Source: the human T2T-CHM13v2.0 reference genome, Homo sapiens | Reading direction: 5' to 3' (one strand) | Assembly (NCBI RefSeq): GCF_009914755.1 | Contig: NC_060929.1 | Length of the DNA stretch: 64,000 nucleotides | Shown here: positions 60,275 to 64,000 of the stretch, one piece after another | Position numbering within the stretch: position 1 is the stretch's first letter | Layout: each line of letters begins with the position of its first letter | Notes under the pieces: generated by a model | Told to the model about the DNA's origin: nothing | Databases searched by the model: none | Seen by the model: the letters and a program-made list of their open reading frames with translations, nothing else | Position numbers and translations under genes: made by a program

Positions 60275-61266
60275 ATTTGCCCTCGCGCAGGGGCCGCACG
60301 ACTTCAGAGCAGGAGCCCCAAAGCAGAGGACAGTCAATTGGCCCAACCGCCCGAAGCTAGGGTGAAAATGCCACTTTGCTAAGCGCGATTAGGCAAAGGG
60401 TGAAGGGATAAAAAGGAAGTGATCAATAATAACACAAAGTCTAGGATATCTAAGGGGGACACAAACATGCACTGGAGATTTATTAGAGTATATAAAATAC
60501 ATGTATGTTTCCAAAGGATAGCCTTATACTCCCTTCCTTGCCTAAATTCTATTCACCTTATCCTTTGGTTTGGCGTAAATTCTCATAAGGTAGCATGAAG
60601 ATTAGGTTCAGGGAAAGTATGCAGGGAGTTGCGGGCTCCAAGTTGCCATTTTTTCGTGGTAAGTAGGGCTCCAAAACAGGTGGGCCCAGTCTGGCGACTG
60701 AAAATTCTGGGATCGCTTGGCTGTTTGTAATCAGCTGCCAGCACCAGCTCTGGCCATCTTTCACTACCTACTGGTGTTTGAGGGGTAATTACTGCTTGCT
60801 GGAGAGCGGGAGTTTGTAGTATTCATAACCGTTGAGGACTCTCTGACCCCAGCTCGCTGCTCTTGCCAGATTGCCAGCTCAGCGTGCAGTCGGCTGCTGG
60901 AAAACGACTGTAACTTCTCTGCATTATATGCAAGTCCTTTCAACACGTCTAACCTCCTTGCACTTTTGTTATTACTGTTGTTGTTAACATCGTTCATTAC
61001 TATTATTTATTTAATTCTGCTTCTTTCCATTCCCTTTATGTGGGTGTCTTTCGGTGGAAGTTCACTTATAGTTTTGTGAGGGAAGAGGAGTGGGACCATG
61101 GGCCTGAACCCTTCTCACCCTGCCCCTCTAGCCCAAATTTTATTTTATTTTTTCGTTGTTTCATGTAGTTTGTGTGTTGCTGTGTGACCTTTGGTTTCAT
61201 TCTCTGAATAGATACAAATAAAATATTAAGTTTTCTTTTCCCTTTACCCCTTGAATTAACTTCTAA

Positions 61267-61272
61267 AATAAA
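61267..61272 (+). terminator. Candidate POU4F3 polyadenylation signal (second AATAAA at 61217)
   Basis: AATAAA followed about 30 nt later by a GT/T-rich element (gtggttttattttt). Confidence 0.6.
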
Positions 61273-62129
61273 TGCTTTATTTTTCAACCCGAATCAAAGT
61301 GGTTTTATTTTTTCTCAGAGGCTAAGGGGTACTAGCTTTGAAAAGGATTTAAAAAGGAGAACCCCAAAGGGTTGGGCTGTCAGTTTCTGCTGCCCAGCCC
61401 CCAGCCATCCCTTCTCCCCACTCCTCTTCCATGGCAGACTCACTTGGAGCTCCTCGTGGGAGACCCTGCGGCTTGTGTCTGAACTTGAGGTTTCAAGGCA
61501 CTTCCTTCCATGCTTCCCTGCCTGCCATCATGAGACTCTGCTCAATTTGACTTAGCTAGTAAACTTTGAAGCCGGACTAATAGAAATTCGAGCCTCCAAT
61601 GCCTCTGCTCACTGGCAGAACCATCCTGAGGCTAATTTCTTAATTTCTCTAAGCCTTCTCCAACAAGATTGCTTGTCTGCAGAATGAAGGGACCAACGCT
61701 TATTTCACAAGGTTATTGTCAGGACTAGGTGAGATTGTTTATTTAAGACGTCAACTAGTGCTTGGGTTTTGTAGGCAACAAATTATTTTAAAAGATTCAA
61801 AGGGCTTGAAAGGAGGTGAAATAATAGAGGCAAAGAGGGAGAAAAGTGTTCGCTGGGACACTCTAGTGGGACCCACTCAGAGTTCCAAATTCATCTGAAA
61901 TTCTCATCCAGGTTGTTATTCACTCTGGGGTCCACCTCGGCTTCTTTGTGGGGGTACTGCTATAACTGCTGCAAAGCGCCTAGCATAGTGCCCTGTACAT
62001 AGTAGGTGCTCCATAGACGCCAGCTCCCTGTTCTCTTTACGCTCCCTCTTTTTATTTGCGAGCTGTAGAAACGCCTTCCTGATTTAAAATTTAATGCTCC
62101 AAGTCCAGGAGTCATCTGCACATTTCCCT

Positions 62130-63020
62130 GCTTCGTCCTCAAAGAGTTGCGGGTCATCAAACCACGGGGCCGAAATTCGGAGCAGAGTGGGTTTGCCCTC
62201 CGCGCAGTGCGACACCCCCTACCGCATAAGCTAACTTGCGGATCTCCCCCAGCTCCCTGGGCCTCAGCCCTTTACCCCCGCCTTGCACAACAGCCCCAGC
62301 GATTCCTCCACCTCCCTCTCCATCGGGTGTCCTTTAATAATAAATGCCCTTATGCCATTACATTATATTGTGGGTTTTGAAAATTTAAAATACGGCTGAT
62401 GCAATATTAATTGCCTATAGTGGTATAAAACACAGGGCAGGAGCCCAGCCGGGCTGCAGAGGAGACAACCGTGAGCGTCCCGCGCCGAAGCGAAGCGCTC
62501 CAGAAGGACGCGCTTTTGCGGGCTGCAAGGTTTCCTGCAGGTAAGAAGAGCCTTCGCATGTTCGGGCTCTGGAGAGAACCGGAAATCTGCCTCCATCCTC
62601 TTTTCGAAAAGTTCTCTGCCGTTATTTATTTAGTCTTTTTTTTTCTTTTAATTGACAACTGCAAAAGTTTGGGAGACTTTTACGGAGAGGATGAGAGGAG
62701 CTGCCTCCTGAGCGCAAGGTCTGCTCCAAGACGGTCCAGTAGCACTAGGTCCAGTCTCCGAGCCATGCCTCTGAGCCTAGTCTTCTTCAGGCGCCTGAGA
62801 CGGTGATGCGCAGGAGTATTTTCACCAGTTCCTACGTGCAGGCCGGAGCTGCAGCCCGGTCAGCGAAGCGCTCCACCCTTTCCCTCCTCCTGAGTGCGCC
62901 GGAACGGCGCCGTCGCCTCACTCTTCGGCTTGCTTCAGGAAGCAACTGGAGATGTGGTTTCCCCAGGATTGTGTAGTCGCCTTTGCCACTCGTCTGGCGG
63001 AGGCACAGACCTCTCGGGGG
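62130..63020. promoter_or_regulatory. Downstream CpG island
   Basis: Dense CpGs (e.g. cgcgccgaagcgaagcgc, ggaacggcgccgtcgcc) about 1 kb past the POU4F3 polyA signal. Confidence 0.7.
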
Positions 63021-64000
63021 AGGGGAGGTGGTACTAGCAGGTCTGGGGTTTACACAAGGCTAGTATGCATCCGAACCGTGTGACCTTGGACAAGTCATAT
63101 CGCCTCTCTAAGCCTCTGCTGCCAGCTGTAAAACTTCCCCAAATTTATTTTGAAGAGTAATTGAGGGTGTTTCCTAAGATCACCTGGAGCAGGTTTTCAT
63201 TTTCCTAATTCTGTCAGCTTGCAACACGTACGGTCCAAGACTCAGCTGAGAGTTTCTTTAACTTGTACCAAGAGAAAGTGAAGTCAGTATTTGGGGGTGT
63301 TTGCATGGAAACCTGCATCGGGCCTCCGGAGGGTGGGACTTTGAGAACTACCTGGCTGGAACAGGGGCTTCATCTAGAATGAGCTAGGCATACACATTCC
63401 AGCATGACTAAAGCCCTGGTAGGCAGAACTTGGTGGCAGGAGTCCTGGGCTCCTGAACGGTGTTATCTCTGGCCAGCGACTTCCTCTCTGTGTGCCTAAG
63501 TAGTCTCAGTTTTGTTCACTACTTCATGTCCAGCACTCTGCTCAAGGTCTGGCCTAGAGTGGCAGACACTAGATGTCTGTTGAATGAATGAATTAGGTTT
63601 TTGTTTTGTAAAATGAAAGCACCCCTTCCAGCCGAATCCCCTCTGGATTCAAGGGACTGTAGGGAGGAACAGAGCCATCAGGGATAGGCAAGTCTCCCTG
63701 GGAATGGGGATCGGGGCAAGGCGGTGGTCTGCATCACAGGCTTTCATTCAAGGTAGCCAGTGTCCTTCTTGTTTAAATAGAAGAGACTGTGCTTCACCCT
63801 TTGGTGGTTATGGGTACACAGGGGATGCTCTGTGACATGGCCCTTGGAACCTAGAGGAAGAGCCAGGGAGGGGGGACCAGGGAGTGACCGCTGCCCTGCC
63901 CAGTGTGCCTGACGTTTGAGTTCCAGTTCTTTTACTGTCCTCCTGAGATGGAAACAGCTCCGGCTCTGGAATGGACACACCTGGGGTGGAATAACTGCTC

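Larger units (their letters stand above)
56900..60390. promoter_or_regulatory. CpG-rich domain over POU4F3 promoter and gene body
   Basis: High GC and CpG density compared with the CpG-depleted flanks. Boundaries are approximate. Confidence 0.8.

Overview
Primate, almost certainly human, genomic DNA: it is Alu-dense, and from recall the RBM27-POU4F3 gene order matches human chr5q32. The window holds the last two coding exons and long 3'UTR of RBM27 (+), about 50 kb of repeat-rich intergenic DNA, and the complete two-exon POU4F3/Brn-3c gene (+, 338 aa) in a CpG island with a TATA/GC-box promoter. Most ORFs in the supplied track are repeat-derived or chance ORFs. The most notable observations are: a near-perfect RE1/NRSE (REST) site in the POU4F3 3'UTR; two uORFs in the POU4F3 leader, one with its stop codon overlapping the main ATG; a phase-0 match allowing an in-frame RBM27-POU4F3 read-through splice; a 127-bp, 97%-identical inverted duplication abutting a truncated Alu; candidate POU4F and E-box enhancer clusters; and a TATA plus strong splice-donor first-exon signature in a downstream CpG island. 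Repeat boundaries and subfamilies were assigned by eye and are approximate. No database searches were run.
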